The translations under genes and the position numbers were made by a program. A stretch of DNA of 64,000 nucleotides, taken from a virus. Lineage: Duplodnaviria > Caudoviricetes. Within the stretch, counting starts at the first letter, position 1; each line of letters opens with the position of its first letter. Below the pieces are notes generated by a model, which was not told where the DNA came from, ran no database searches, and saw only the letters and a program-made list of their open reading frames with translations. Positions 28,023-39,212 of this stretch are shown here, piece by piece. The DNA lies in the IMG/VR virus record IMGVR_UViG_3300027969_000041, one strand, 5' to 3'.

Positions 28023-29633
28023 TTATATATAAGTGAATATGCTAGTTCCAGTTCCTGATCCTGCGGCATTGTATACTACAACATTTACTGTGCCTGAGCT
28101 TGCGGCAGCAGTTGTTCCTTGAATACTTGTGATATTAAGTACAGCAAAACCTGTTACAGGTACACCGCCAATTTGTGCCGCAGTAGCACCTGTAAAGTTT
28201 GAGCCGGAGATAATAACGGTAGTTCCGCCAGTGCGCGGCCCTGATGATGGACTAATAGTTATTCCGCTAGGTGGTAAACTTGTTGCCGCAACCTGGAATG
28301 ATAGACTTCCTGTCTTTGTTAATACTCCGCCATCGCTACTATCTGTAATAGAATAAGGGATTATAACACTTCCTGATGCAGTTGGCGTTCCTGATACAAT
28401 TAATGTGTTGCCTGCATTGATAGATATTCCACTAACTGATTGATATCCGCTGACATTCCAACTGTAAGGAGAAGTTCCGCCGGATACTGTAATAGTTTGA
28501 TTGTATGATGATCCAACTACTCCGTCAGGCAATGATGTAGGATTAATTGACAATACGCTAGTATTCCCTGTTCCGCTAGATAGAACGTTTAATGTATACG
28601 ATGAAGTTGAGCTATGCCCTGCTGTATCTGTTGCAGTAATAGTAAACGGTAAGGTTCCGACAGTTGACGGATTATAGCTTAAGAATCCAGTTGAGCTATT
28701 TAAGCTAGAACCTATACCAGAAGATGACCAAGAGTATACACCGTTACCACCACTCGCAGAAAATTGCAGGGTATATACTACTCCGACAACAGCATTGCCG
28801 ATAGTAGAAGGGCTAATAGTAATAGAGTTTCCTCCAACTGTGCCTGTGCCAGTTGGAGAAATTGTTAATTTTAAGATTTGTTGAAGATTAAAACTAAATG
28901 CATAGTATCCTTCTCCTCTTTCAGGATCATCATTTTGTCGGAATTCGGATGTATAAAACCCGTCCTTTATTGTTAACGGAGTATAAGAATGAGTAAGATT
29001 TCTACCAGACCATGCTTTTTCAACTACTCTAGCTCTAGGCCAATTAGTTATTACTTCAGATTTTACAGGAGACATTGTAACCGTTGCACCAATGTCTCCG
29101 TGATAACCTTGATATTTTACTTTATACAATGCATTAACACCATCTGCCGCAACGGAGACTCCTTCGTTGGTACTGGCGTTAGTTACTCCAACTCCAGTTG
29201 GAGTAGCAGCAGAATAATCTACAACTAACCAACCGTCAATCAATGAGCCGACTGTAATAACAGTTGTATCAAATGCTGGCAAGGTATAGCTAGTCGAAGT
29301 GTTTACATATACAGAACTTGTACTTCCGTATTCGCCAATTTTAACAGCGATTTCTTGACCTGGTGTTACATTTGGAATACCAAAAGTATTCATTCCAGCA
29401 GGAGTGGGATATGTTAATTGTAGATTATAAACACCGTCTGGTACCGTATAGGTAAAATCTCCAGCGTAGTTATATTCTTGATCTAAATTTGAACCAGCAC
29501 TTTGTGTAAGATGCCATTGACCGTTATGATGCACGTATGCATTTTTGACCAAATGCCATTGGCCAGCTTGGTGGGCATAGGTATTTTTAGTTAGGTGCCA
29601 TTGGCCAGCTTGGTGAACATATGAGTTTTGCAT
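28023..29633 (-). CDS. Tail/virion protein with Ig-like repeats and a C-terminal IPT/TIG domain
   Basis: LPDGVVGSSYNQTI, GTLPFTITATD, ISPSSGPRTGGTTVIISGSNF; start at a TAATG overlap. Confidence 0.8.
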   Translation of the reverse strand: MQNSYVHQAGQWHLTKNTYAHQAGQWHLVKNAYVHHNGQWHLTQSAGSNLDQEYNYAGDFTYTVPDGVYNLQLTYPTPAGMNTFGIPNVTPGQEIAVKIGEYGSTSSVYVNTSTSYTLPAFDTTVITVGSLIDGWLVVDYSAATPTGVGVTNASTNEGVSVAADGVNALYKVKYQGYHGDIGATVTMSPVKSEVITNWPRARVVEKAWSGRNLTHSYTPLTIKDGFYTSEFRQNDDPERGEGYYAFSFNLQQILKLTISPTGTGTVGGNSITISPSTIGNAVVGVVYTLQFSASGGNGVYSWSSSGIGSSLNSSTGFLSYNPSTVGTLPFTITATDTAGHSSTSSYTLNVLSSGTGNTSVLSINPTSLPDGVVGSSYNQTITVSGGTSPYSWNVSGYQSVSGISINAGNTLIVSGTPTASGSVIIPYSITDSSDGGVLTKTGSLSFQVAATSLPPSGITISPSSGPRTGGTTVIISGSNFTGATAAQIGGVPVTGFAVLNITSIQGTTAAASSGTVNVVVYNAAGSGTGTSIFTYI

Positions 29634-31048
29634 TAGATAATTTGATACCAAATGTCGCCATCAACACCACCTGTCGGTGCGCTGTATGAAACTGTTCTTG
29701 CTCCAAATCCGTTTGTACCTAAAACCATTGAGGATGCAGTGGTAGCATAGACTGCATTAACAGCATAGGTTGCAGTAGTAGCATAACTTGCAGTTGTGGC
29801 ACGAGCAACAAACGTTGTACTGCTATTGACAAAATTATAAACAAATTCTGCTGTGGCAACCACTGTAGAAGTTGTACCAACTGGTTGTGTAGTTGCAGTG
29901 CTTGAACCTAGAGCACGTGGGTTACCGGAGTTGTCACCACTGATCTGTATTTTATTAATTAGTCCGGCATCTGCATCTGCAAAGATAATAAATGCAGTAC
30001 TAGTATTTGCATAAACTTGACCTTTAAGTTCTCGGGTAGAAGATGTTGTAGCTGTTGGTAATGTACTTGTAAGATTAAGAGCTAGATTTTGTCCTGTGAA
30101 TGTTGGATTAACAAAAGTAATTTGATCACCAAGTGTCATAGAACTATAAGGCAATGCTGCTGTAGGGGTAACATAGTTAGTTACTGTGTTCAATGCTCCT
30201 ACTACATATTTTGTAGATGTAGAACCTATGTAAATTAATGCACCGTTAGAAATCCCAGTAGTTGAATTAACTTTGAATGCATAAGAACCAAAGTCTGGAC
30301 TTTGATTATATGTCTTAACAACTACGTTAGGAACTAACGCAATTGACCCTAATTGTCCGTTTGATGATACTATAGTTTCTGCAGTTGTACTTGTGCTATA
30401 AGTATTAGCACCTATCTTATTCCAATTAGTTGATGTCGATGCATTGTATCCGACTTGTTTAACAAAGTATCGTGGATCTCTGTTTGAAACGGATTCTTCA
30501 CTCCATAGTTCAAACATATTGGTACCTGGATACAGGTTATATATCACACTAGAACCAGTTGACGTAGAGTCTAATGATCTAAACTTGTCATTGGAAAAAT
30601 TAATACTAGTATCAATAACATCATCGGGCGTTACAACTAACGTTAATCTTCCTGAATTTCCGGATGATGCTCCCGGCCAGTTAATTACATTTAGATTATG
30701 TAAGCCGGCAGTAATAGACATTGCCTGATATCCACCTGCGGCATAGTCAATGATGATATCTTCTGTTTGTAGTGGCAATTCGACTAAGGTAACAGAGCTG
30801 TTTTCTAAGTTTACATCTTTAATCGTGTTACCATAAAAGGATGTAGTTTCGTTGGTCTTAATTGCATTAATATTAAGATCTTTAACTCCTTCATTTACTG
30901 CTTTAATTGCTCCGTGAATATTTGCCCATTGATCTCTAAAGCCCTGTGAATCATTGTCTACACCGGGTATAGGGAATGTGCTTAGATCATTGATCTTAGC
31001 CAAATAATTTGTAGCTGAACTAATAGCTGTTGTTGCGTTGGTTGTCAC
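29633..31048 (-). CDS. Virion structural / tail-associated protein
   Basis: FPIPGVDNDSQGFRD N-terminus; Ser/Thr-rich; ends GGVDGDIWYQ. Confidence 0.7.
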   Translation of the reverse strand: MTTNATTAISSATNYLAKINDLSTFPIPGVDNDSQGFRDQWANIHGAIKAVNEGVKDLNINAIKTNETTSFYGNTIKDVNLENSSVTLVELPLQTEDIIIDYAAGGYQAMSITAGLHNLNVINWPGASSGNSGRLTLVVTPDDVIDTSINFSNDKFRSLDSTSTGSSVIYNLYPGTNMFELWSEESVSNRDPRYFVKQVGYNASTSTNWNKIGANTYSTSTTAETIVSSNGQLGSIALVPNVVVKTYNQSPDFGSYAFKVNSTTGISNGALIYIGSTSTKYVVGALNTVTNYVTPTAALPYSSMTLGDQITFVNPTFTGQNLALNLTSTLPTATTSSTRELKGQVYANTSTAFIIFADADAGLINKIQISGDNSGNPRALGSSTATTQPVGTTSTVVATAEFVYNFVNSSTTFVARATTASYATTATYAVNAVYATTASSMVLGTNGFGARTVSYSAPTGGVDGDIWYQII

Positions 31049-31088
31049 TGTATAACTCCGTTCTCCCTAATATTTAACCTGGTAAACA

Positions 31089-33926
31089 TTAAGGTAATTT
31101 TTTCTTAATTTCGTCTATTTCTGTTTTAAGCTCTTTAATTGCTTCAATTACTAGACCGATAATGTTACCGTAGGCAACAGAATATAATCCGTTTTCGTTT
31201 AATCTCACAGCTTCAGGTAGAACAGATAATAATTCCTGCGCAATAACACCTGTACTGTCCACGCCGTCGTCGATACGAGTAAACAATACACCTCGTAATT
31301 TTAGAAGTTTATCTAGGGCATTTTCAATAGTTCTAATGTTAGTCTTTGTTCGTTCGTCTGATGTTATAGTAACGTCTACAAACTGTGGTGAACCGCCCGT
31401 TGTCAAGTTTTGTGTCATTGACAGGCTAAGAGTACTACCAGAAAAACTGCCCTGAACACCGTTATTACCGCTAACAGTTATGCTAGCAATACCGCCCGGA
31501 CCTGATGGACCGCTTGGACCACTTACATTACTAGGTTGATTACTGGCTGCATTACTTGCAGGACCTGATGGACCGCTCGGCCCTTGACTTCCTTGATTCC
31601 CTTGGTTACCTTGATTCCCTTGGTTACCTTGATTTCCTTGAGGACCTGATGGTCCACTTGGACCTTGATTTCCTTGAGGACCTGATGGTCCACTTGGACC
31701 TTGACTGCCTGGATTACCTTGATTACCTGGATTACCTTGATTACCTGGATTACCGGCTGCATTACTTCCAGGCCCTGATGGTCCTTGTGCGCCACTCGGA
31801 CCTTGAGGTCCACTTGGTCCTGATGTATTGCTACCTGGACCACTTGGACCTTGACTTCCTTGGTTGCCGTTTGGACCACTTGGACCACTTGGTCCTTGTG
31901 CTCCTGCACCCGAAGGTCCGCTCGGACCAGATACAGTACTTGGAGTGTTATTTGTAGGTCCTGATGGTCCTGATGGACCACTTGGACCAGCTGCATTACT
32001 TCCAGGACCCTGTGGTCCACTCGGTCCTTGTGGACCCGATGGTCCAGATACAGTACTTGGAGTGTTATTTGTAGGTCCTTGTGGACCCGATGGTCCACTT
32101 GGACCTTGAGGTCCTTGTGCGCCACTTGGTCCTTGCGGACCACTTATTGCACTGGCTGCTCCGCTCGGTCCTTGTGGACCTTGAGGTCCTTGTGCGCCAC
32201 TTGGTCCTTGCGGGCCCGACACAGTACTTCCTGCACCGCTTGGTCCTTGTGGACCTTGAGGTCCTTGTGAGCCAGTAGGTCCTTGTGGGCCTTGTACACC
32301 CTGCGGACCCATAACAGTTCCGAGGTCAATCCATGAAACTCCGTTCCAATACCATATATGATTATTAGTTGTTAATTGATAAGCATCACCTACTTGTGCT
32401 CCGGCCGCATAGCCAGCTAATTCTGATGTATTACCAATTGTACCTCTAACAATAACAAACTGTCCAATAGGTCCTTGCGGTCCCTGAGGTCCTTGCGGGC
32501 CACTTGGTCCTTGATTACCTATTGGTCCCTGAGGTCCTTGCGGTCCCTGAGGTCCTTGCGGTCCACTTGGCCCTGACATATTACTGTCAACACCCGCAGT
32601 ACCTTGATTTCCTCGCGGTCCACTTGGTCCTTGCGGGCCACTTGGCCCTTGTGGTCCCTGTGGGCCTTGAGCACCTGACGGGCCACTTGGTCCCTGAACT
32701 CCTTGTGGTCCAACAAACGGCCCTACGTCAGTCCAGCCACTTCCGTCGTAAACATACAAGTGACCGTTGCTAGATATAATGTATCCATCATTAATTTGCG
32801 GGTTAACAATGGAGTTTAGATCAGATACATTGGCTCTAGTGCCTTTAACTACTAATGCTGCACCTACTGGGCCACTTGGTCCCTGAGGTCCCTGCGGACC
32901 TTGTGGTCCTTGTGCTCCTTGATTTCCTTGATTCCCTTGAGGACCTGATGGACCTGATGGTCCTTGCGGGCCTTGAGGACCTTGTGGCCCACGCGGCCCT
33001 GATGGTCCAGATGGACCGCTTGGTCCTTGTGGTCCTGATGGACCTGATCCTGTGAATTCTACACCATTTTGATAAAGTTTGCCGCCAAAGTAAATGTCCT
33101 TGGCAACACCTAATCCACCTGAAACTACGGCTGCTCCTGTAGTAGTTGATACAGCATTTGTAGTTGTAGTAACGAGTACTTTAGGAACAGATAATGCACC
33201 TGTGCTGGCTAGGTAACTTAAATTACTGTCAACACCCGGAGTTAGATAAGATCCTGGTCCTGCTGCTAATGTAGGATAATAAACTGTAGTAGTATTGCTA
33301 AGATCACTAATTAATACTTTAATTGCTTGACCTGCATTATCAGGAACAATAGTAGATGTACTGACCCAAGTAGCAGTAGTTCCATTACTTTGCAATAGAT
33401 ACCCGGTAGGACCTATTCCAATGAATCCTGTAGTATTAGGTGCTGTTTGATAAGGAATGCTACCTGTAGAACCACCGGCAATGTTTGTGAGTAATGTAGA
33501 CACAGGTCCTTGAGGACCTTGATTACCGCGTGATCCTTGAGGGCCACTTGGTCCCTGATTCCCAGGATTTCCCTGATTCCCAGGAACACCGATTGGTCCT
33601 TGTGGTCCCTGTACTCCACTTGGTCCACTTGGCCCTTGCGGCCCCTGAGGTCCTTGCGGTCCACTTGGTCCCGATGGGCCACTTGGTCCCGATGGGCCTT
33701 GCGGTCCCTGCGGTCCCTGAGCACCTGATGGTCCTTGAGGTCCACTCGGGCCTTGTGGTCCTTGAGGACCGGGATCGCCTTGAAGTTGTAATAACTCAGC
33801 TGCCTGTTCTGCTGTTAAGTATTGTTCTACAGATGAATCTGCTACGATAAACTTGGTCTCACCAAGCGTAGGTGTGGTTAAATTAGTGTCTAAAACCTGG
33901 GGCAGCGGTGATCTGTTAGTGGTCAT
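31089..33926 (-). CDS. Collagen-like tail fibre with C-terminal intramolecular chaperone (peptidase S74-like)
   Basis: Long Gly-Pro-Gln/Gly-Pro-Ser runs; SDERTK..GVIAQEL..VAYGN..EAIKEL. Confidence 0.9.
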   Translation of the reverse strand: MTTNRSPLPQVLDTNLTTPTLGETKFIVADSSVEQYLTAEQAAELLQLQGDPGPQGPQGPSGPQGPSGAQGPQGPQGPSGPSGPSGPSGPQGPQGPQGPSGPSGVQGPQGPIGVPGNQGNPGNQGPSGPQGSRGNQGPQGPVSTLLTNIAGGSTGSIPYQTAPNTTGFIGIGPTGYLLQSNGTTATWVSTSTIVPDNAGQAIKVLISDLSNTTTVYYPTLAAGPGSYLTPGVDSNLSYLASTGALSVPKVLVTTTTNAVSTTTGAAVVSGGLGVAKDIYFGGKLYQNGVEFTGSGPSGPQGPSGPSGPSGPRGPQGPQGPQGPSGPSGPQGNQGNQGAQGPQGPQGPQGPSGPVGAALVVKGTRANVSDLNSIVNPQINDGYIISSNGHLYVYDGSGWTDVGPFVGPQGVQGPSGPSGAQGPQGPQGPSGPQGPSGPRGNQGTAGVDSNMSGPSGPQGPQGPQGPQGPIGNQGPSGPQGPQGPQGPIGQFVIVRGTIGNTSELAGYAAGAQVGDAYQLTTNNHIWYWNGVSWIDLGTVMGPQGVQGPQGPTGSQGPQGPQGPSGAGSTVSGPQGPSGAQGPQGPQGPSGAASAISGPQGPSGAQGPQGPSGPSGPQGPTNNTPSTVSGPSGPQGPSGPQGPGSNAAGPSGPSGPSGPTNNTPSTVSGPSGPSGAGAQGPSGPSGPNGNQGSQGPSGPGSNTSGPSGPQGPSGAQGPSGPGSNAAGNPGNQGNPGNQGNPGSQGPSGPSGPQGNQGPSGPSGPQGNQGNQGNQGNQGNQGSQGPSGPSGPASNAASNQPSNVSGPSGPSGPGGIASITVSGNNGVQGSFSGSTLSLSMTQNLTTGGSPQFVDVTITSDERTKTNIRTIENALDKLLKLRGVLFTRIDDGVDSTGVIAQELLSVLPEAVRLNENGLYSVAYGNIIGLVIEAIKELKTEIDEIKKKLP
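31495..33780 (-). repeat. Collagen-coding 9-nt-period repeats, including a 36-bp direct repeat
   Basis: GGACC/GGTCC periodicity; identical copies at 31927-31962 and 32044-32079. Confidence 0.9.
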
Positions 33927-33987
33927 TTGTTTAGGTACCTATCATTATATATGCAATAGTATATTTATTAAATCAAAAACTAGGAGA

Positions 33988-34383
33988 TTACCAATTTGTG
34001 ATATTTGTTGCAGTGTTTCCTAATCTAATCCATGTGTTTGTTGCCACACAAACATATAGATAATTATTGTTATACGACATTGATCCTGCAATTCCGGTAC
34101 TAGTTGAGTGAGCTATTGTGGCATTATTTGCAGCAACGACCGGACCTGAAGGACCGGACGGTCCACTTACTGTGCTAGTTGGTCCTTGCGGTCCCTGCGG
34201 GCCACGAATACCTGTAATACCATCTAATCCTCTAGGACCTGTTGAACCAGTATCTCCTTTTGCTAAGGTAGTTAGCTGTGACAACGACATTTGTTTGGTT
34301 CTATTATCAGCACGATCGATTACGGGAATTAGCACATCAGTGGCTGTACTGCTTAATTGAGGTAATTTGTTAATAGTGGTCAT
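33988..34383 (-). CDS. Short collagen-containing tail protein
   Basis: INKLPQL N-terminus, GPQGPQ, YLYVCVATNTWIR C-terminus. Confidence 0.8.
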   Translation of the reverse strand: MTTINKLPQLSSTATDVLIPVIDRADNRTKQMSLSQLTTLAKGDTGSTGPRGLDGITGIRGPQGPQGPTSTVSGPSGPSGPVVAANNATIAHSTSTGIAGSMSYNNNYLYVCVATNTWIRLGNTATNITNW

Positions 34384-34386
34384 GTG

Positions 34387-37300
34387 TTATTCTCTAGTTA
34401 GCGGGTCAGTTTTATCAGTGGGTAGCTGAGCAAATTGCCACCCGTCTGTGCCAAATAGGTACTTATCTGATGCGATACTATCTCCCAGCGACTGACGTTC
34501 TAATAATAGATATTTAGCTGTAGAACTATCGGCAGTTTCTTGTACAATTAATCTATCAACTTCAAAATCTAACTTTTTAAAGTCAAATCCGCTGAGTTTA
34601 ATACGGCTGATAATTTTATCACCTTGGCCGGGTAACGCATAGCATAGCGGTATTGCTCTAATATAATTAGGTACGTTATAATCTCCAGCTTGAGGAGTAC
34701 GCATAAATTTTGGATAGTTATATTCATTAACAGAGATTGCTTCACCGTTTTGTAACTGTATTGATTTGAGCTGTTTTCTCATGTTTTCTAAACTACTAGG
34801 ATAGTACACATCACTGTTATTTTCTACAAATTCACTGACACTAACTCCCAAATTATTAACTAGGTCGTCTGCAATATCTACATATATTACTTCGTAGATA
34901 ACTGATCCTGCTCTATCCGCAGCAATGGCTTTTTTAATATCACCAAAATACAATTTCTTTCTATAGAAATTTTCCCGTAACGCAGGCATGTAATCATCTA
35001 AATTGATACGCTCTATTCCAAATTCTAACATTACTTTAATGTCATGTTGTACACCAAAGTTAGGATCAAAGTATCTATAGATCAATTTAGGGTCAAATGT
35101 AAAAGAATTAGCAATAAAATCCCTATATTCATCTCGTTTTTGCTGTGTAAAGAATGGTTTAGCGTAGATTTTAGTAAATGTATTATCTGTATAGGTAACT
35201 GTACCTATAGCAACAGAACTTGTTGATGTAATTAAGGTAACAGTTTGTGTACCTGTGTAAGTATATGTAATAAGAATAGCGCCTCTTCCTCCTATTCCTG
35301 CATAGTGCGCTCCTTGCCCTATGCCACCAGCACCACCGCCACCGCCAAATAACGCACCATTTATGTCATTATTTGTAGATGTCGTTGTGTAAAATGCATT
35401 TCTACCACCATACCCACCTACTCCGGCAGCAGAACCTAATACACTTGCACTACCACCATACCCGCCTAACCCATATACACTGTCACCGTTATTACCTTTA
35501 CCAGTTCTACCGCCCGATCCACCACCTCCAACGCCACCACCGTTATATACTTCGGGGTTACTAATGCCGCCTTCACCACCTACTGCAAATTCAACTGAGG
35601 TATAATTTGTCAATGTACTAGTTCCGGTAAATCCATTACCGCCTACTGTTCCTTCACCGGCCGATGCGCCAATAATAAATGGTCCAAAGAATGTATTACC
35701 ACCGAATAAAGTTATACTTCTGTCAGTCCATCCTACTGAATATGTAATACTAGTCCCCGAAGTTAATTGTACATTATTAATTTTAGTATAACCGCCACCG
35801 CCGCCGCCGAAGTGTCCTCGATTTACTAATCCGTTTGCGCCCGGTCCCCAAACTTCGATGGTATTATTGCGAGTGAAATCTGCAGGTACTACCCAAGTTG
35901 TGCCAGTTGTTAGCAACACAACTTTTGTAGAAGTGCCAGTTGAGTGAAAAGTAGATGTTGTAGAATATGTTGTAACAGTTTTATAAATTGTAGTAGAAGA
36001 TTTTGTAGTTCCTTGTACGCTTAATGTAAACACTTTTTCTATTGAACTTAATTCGTAAACATCGCTGGCAGAAACTGTAAATGTGTATGTTCCGGTATTT
36101 TCAGTGTAGACTACCTGTCCAGATAAACTACCATCTCTTTCTAATGTTAGACCAGTGGGCAATGTTCCGCTAATTAAGGAATATTTTATACTATAATCCG
36201 TGTTTAATTGTTGAGCTACAACTGCTAGATCGCTGGTTATACCTAATTCTATACTACCTAAACTACTAGTAGACACCCATTCGATGGTACTCTCTACCTC
36301 TCCCTTTACCGCTAGTGTAAACGTGTTTACAGCAGTAGTGGTAGTTGTTAAATTATATGGAGTTAAAGTTCCCGGATTATTGGGGTTAAATTTAATTGTT
36401 CCTGTTTTACTGGCTTGTACTGTTATTGAATAGTTACGAGTATAAGCTGGCTGGTAAGGAATGTATCCATAGATGTACCCTTTCTCTGAGTCGAACATTA
36501 ATCCTTCTGGTAATCTAGATACAATCGACCCACCTTGTATAATACTGTAAGTAATTGTTCCTACATACGGAGCAGGATCATAAATTGTTACCGGTAATTG
36601 ATGATTGTTTCCTGCCCTAATAACTCCTAGGTCTGTGCCATTTAACCACTGCATAGATTGTAGGCTGAATCTAGCATTAGTAGGAACTGTGACTCCGGCA
36701 CTGGTCATTGATGTTACTGTGTTGTACAAAATTTCTGTACTCGATACCATGATCTTAAAAGTGCGTTCTGTATTAGTAACTCCGTCGGTGGCAATAACTC
36801 TAAATCTATATATTTTAGGAATACCGGGAGTAGTTGCCCCTGATACAATAAGAGGAGAAACTACATCGTGATCATAGGTATAACTATCGTAGCTTTCGTC
36901 GTCGTAACCACCAGTAGAAGAAATCTGACTGTTATATGTTAATGTATCTTTGATAAAGCCTGTAATTCTACCAGACCTATCCATGGTTAAACCTGGCGGT
37001 AATTTTCCTGCTTTTGAAGGAATGTAGTATATTATTGTACTGCCTGCTGGAGCTTCAACTGGAGTGGCCAATAACTGAAAATCAACCCATTGATCGTTTA
37101 AAGCATATTGCTCACTATTCACGCCAACTGTTAAGAATCCTGCAGGTGTTGCCCACGCAGGATTATCTCTTCCACTTACATCAACTGTAAAAGTTCGATC
37201 TGCTACGCCTAGGATATTGGTTGCTCTAACTACAAATTTATTAGTGGTAGTGTTTAGAACAGCAGTAGGCGCTCCGTAAATCGTACCAGTAGATGATATT

Positions 37301-37443
37301 GATAATCCACTGGGTAAACTGCCAGTTAACAGCTTGTAGGATATGTTTGTGCCAGATGCTACTACTCTAGTGGTCGTAGAAACCAGTTCTGTAGCAGTGA
37401 ATAAGAACCCTGAGGGGGTTATCCAAGATGGAATAGAAGTCAT
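34387..37443 (-). CDS. Baseplate/virion protein with Ig-like repeats and a glycine-rich insert
   Basis: GSLPSGLSISSTG and GTLPTGLTLE repeats; central Gly-rich domain. Confidence 0.8.
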   Translation of the reverse strand: MTSIPSWITPSGFLFTATELVSTTTRVVASGTNISYKLLTGSLPSGLSISSTGTIYGAPTAVLNTTTNKFVVRATNILGVADRTFTVDVSGRDNPAWATPAGFLTVGVNSEQYALNDQWVDFQLLATPVEAPAGSTIIYYIPSKAGKLPPGLTMDRSGRITGFIKDTLTYNSQISSTGGYDDESYDSYTYDHDVVSPLIVSGATTPGIPKIYRFRVIATDGVTNTERTFKIMVSSTEILYNTVTSMTSAGVTVPTNARFSLQSMQWLNGTDLGVIRAGNNHQLPVTIYDPAPYVGTITYSIIQGGSIVSRLPEGLMFDSEKGYIYGYIPYQPAYTRNYSITVQASKTGTIKFNPNNPGTLTPYNLTTTTTAVNTFTLAVKGEVESTIEWVSTSSLGSIELGITSDLAVVAQQLNTDYSIKYSLISGTLPTGLTLERDGSLSGQVVYTENTGTYTFTVSASDVYELSSIEKVFTLSVQGTTKSSTTIYKTVTTYSTTSTFHSTGTSTKVVLLTTGTTWVVPADFTRNNTIEVWGPGANGLVNRGHFGGGGGGYTKINNVQLTSGTSITYSVGWTDRSITLFGGNTFFGPFIIGASAGEGTVGGNGFTGTSTLTNYTSVEFAVGGEGGISNPEVYNGGGVGGGGSGGRTGKGNNGDSVYGLGGYGGSASVLGSAAGVGGYGGRNAFYTTTSTNNDINGALFGGGGGAGGIGQGAHYAGIGGRGAILITYTYTGTQTVTLITSTSSVAIGTVTYTDNTFTKIYAKPFFTQQKRDEYRDFIANSFTFDPKLIYRYFDPNFGVQHDIKVMLEFGIERINLDDYMPALRENFYRKKLYFGDIKKAIAADRAGSVIYEVIYVDIADDLVNNLGVSVSEFVENNSDVYYPSSLENMRKQLKSIQLQNGEAISVNEYNYPKFMRTPQAGDYNVPNYIRAIPLCYALPGQGDKIISRIKLSGFDFKKLDFEVDRLIVQETADSSTAKYLLLERQSLGDSIASDKYLFGTDGWQFAQLPTDKTDPLTRE

Positions 37444-37496
37444 GAGCTTTAGGTTTACCTTGTATAGAGGTATTTACCTAAATTAGCTCTGATAAA

Positions 37497-37805
37497 TTAG
37501 TGCAGAGTTCTGTTCTCTAATTGATGTACATCTTCAATTCCGAACATTTCTAGTATTAGTTGAACTTCTTCGGGCGGTTGTTCCATGAGATTTTCTGGAA
37601 TCATTAGGCTTTTTAAGCTCCCATCTGAACTGATTATGAATCCAAAATCTCCAGGTTTTAGATCCTCATCTTCATCAATTTCGACAACTTGGCCAGCGGT
37701 TGTTATAGGTTGGGTAGGAATGGGTTTTTCCTTGCTGAGTTTAGACAGAACGCCTATTGCACGTTGAATTATCAACTGCGTTAATTCAGAGAATATTTTT
37801 TTCAC
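37497..37805 (-). CDS. Hypothetical late protein
   Basis: GTG start just after TATAAATA (37817-37810). Confidence 0.65.
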   Translation of the reverse strand: MKKIFSELTQLIIQRAIGVLSKLSKEKPIPTQPITTAGQVVEIDEDEDLKPGDFGFIISSDGSLKSLMIPENLMEQPPEEVQLILEMFGIEDVHQLENRTLH

Positions 37806-37809
37806 ATGG

Positions 37810-37829
37810 TATTTATAGAGAGTTAAATA
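37810..37829. promoter_or_regulatory. Back-to-back late promoters
   Basis: TATAAATA on minus (37817-37810) and TAAATA on plus (37824-37829), facing divergent genes. Confidence 0.6.
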
Positions 37830-37859
37830 TACATACATTTTTATAAAGGAATCCTTAAA

Positions 37860-38198
37860 ATGGAAATCATTATTGCTCTCGTAATTGCAGCCGGTTTAGT
37901 ATACTGGTTCTTCTTTCGTACAAAAGACGAAGTTGTTAAAACAGTTTCACCGATGCCAGTTGGTATCGAAGCTGTAGTAGCTACTCCAGTAGCTGAAGAA
38001 GCTAAACCTACAGTTGAATATGTAGAAGCTACGGTTGAACTAGCACCTGTTGCAGTTGCAACTAGTGTGACTGTTGAAGCTGCCCCTGCTAAGAAGCCCC
38101 GTAAACCACGTGCCCCTAAAGCAGAAGCCACAGCTAAAAAGCCAGCCGCAAAAAAAGCAGCCCCTGCTGCCAAGAAGACTGTCTCAAAGAAGGCCTAA
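37860..38198 (+). CDS. Membrane-anchored protein with H1-like Ala/Lys/Pro tail
   Basis: N-terminal TM; PAKKPRKPRAPKAE..KKAAPAAKK. Confidence 0.8.
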   Translation: MEIIIALVIAAGLVYWFFFRTKDEVVKTVSPMPVGIEAVVATPVAEEAKPTVEYVEATVELAPVAVATSVTVEAAPAKKPRKPRAPKAEATAKKPAAKKAAPAAKKTVSKKA

Positions 38199-39212
38199 TT
38201 CTTTAGCTTGATTAGCTAGTTCAAAGCTGGCTAAATTTTTACCCTTCGATTCGGCCATGATGTCGAATTGATCTAGAAAGCTCAATGCCCATTCATTAAC
38301 TGCTGTATTCCAGTAGAAGTTTGAATGTGCTCTGAGCTTTCCTTTTTTGTAACCATCTTCCATTAACGGAAGAAGAGCGGGGCGTTGTAATCCGGAATGG
38401 CCGATAAGTACATCCTCGCAACTGACGGAGTAATGTATAACAGGACGCACACCGCGCCAGCTATCGATAATCCTTTTAATACGGTCGTCGTTTTCATTTA
38501 TATATTCTCCTGTGTGTATCCAATGATGGTGTATGTCTAACACCAAAGCGAGATCGTTCCCGAGTTCAAGGCTTGAGTCGATGCCCCACGAGATTTCGTC
38601 ATTCTCAATTGTGATGCAGTTTCTTGCCTCGGTGCTGAGTCTTGGGATAACTCTTTTGATACCCTCGGGACCGGCCCTACCAGCGATGTGGACATTGATC
38701 TTAAAGTCTTGGAAGGTTCGACCATAACCCATCCAACGTGCCATGTCAGCATGATATTCAAACTCCTCTATACTTCGATCTACAATATCTGGGTTATCAC
38801 TTGCCAGCACAGTAAACTGACCAGGATGAAAAGACAACCGAACGCCGTTCTTGCGAGCCAGATCTCCCACGGTTCGAAACTCTCTTTCGAGATATGCTCT
38901 AATGTCGCTAGTCCGCCAAAACCAAGACCAATCACGCTGAGTATACACAGGTAATATATCGCTGCCGAGTCGTACCATTCTAAGATTTTCATCAAGTGCT
39001 CCTACACGGTTGACGAGCTTGCGAGCAGCTTCAATGTTACCTACCATTAGGTCCCATAGTTTTTGTTCCGCAACTTCTTTGCTCTGTCTATTTAACCATG
39101 CAACAGTAGTGGAGCCTGTATTGTATTGTTTGGCATCATCTTTGGGTTTAATGCCATCTACTTGTCCTGCGTGATCAATCCACTTGCAAGCAAATCCAAT
39201 TTTCTTAGTCAT
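38184..39212 (-). CDS. uvsE: UV DNA damage endonuclease (UvsE/UvdE)
   Basis: IGFAC, RLGSD, RLSFHPGQF, TIENDE, VLDIHHH, RAHS, MAESKGK. Confidence 0.93.
   Translation of the reverse strand: MTKKIGFACKWIDHAGQVDGIKPKDDAKQYNTGSTTVAWLNRQSKEVAEQKLWDLMVGNIEAARKLVNRVGALDENLRMVRLGSDILPVYTQRDWSWFWRTSDIRAYLEREFRTVGDLARKNGVRLSFHPGQFTVLASDNPDIVDRSIEEFEYHADMARWMGYGRTFQDFKINVHIAGRAGPEGIKRVIPRLSTEARNCITIENDEISWGIDSSLELGNDLALVLDIHHHWIHTGEYINENDDRIKRIIDSWRGVRPVIHYSVSCEDVLIGHSGLQRPALLPLMEDGYKKGKLRAHSNFYWNTAVNEWALSFLDQFDIMAESKGKNLASFELANQAKELGLL

Noticed and set aside
31927-32079. 36-bp duplicate as a DGR template/variable pair
   Set aside because: The copies are identical with no adenine-specific mismatches, and there is no reverse transcriptase in the window.
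29554-33780. Repeat arrays as possible CRISPR
   Set aside because: The repeats are in-frame coding repeats without unique spacers, and no cas genes are present.
31523-33850. Many alternative-frame and antisense ORFs in the collagen gene
   Set aside because: They arise from 9-nt periodicity that avoids stop codons.
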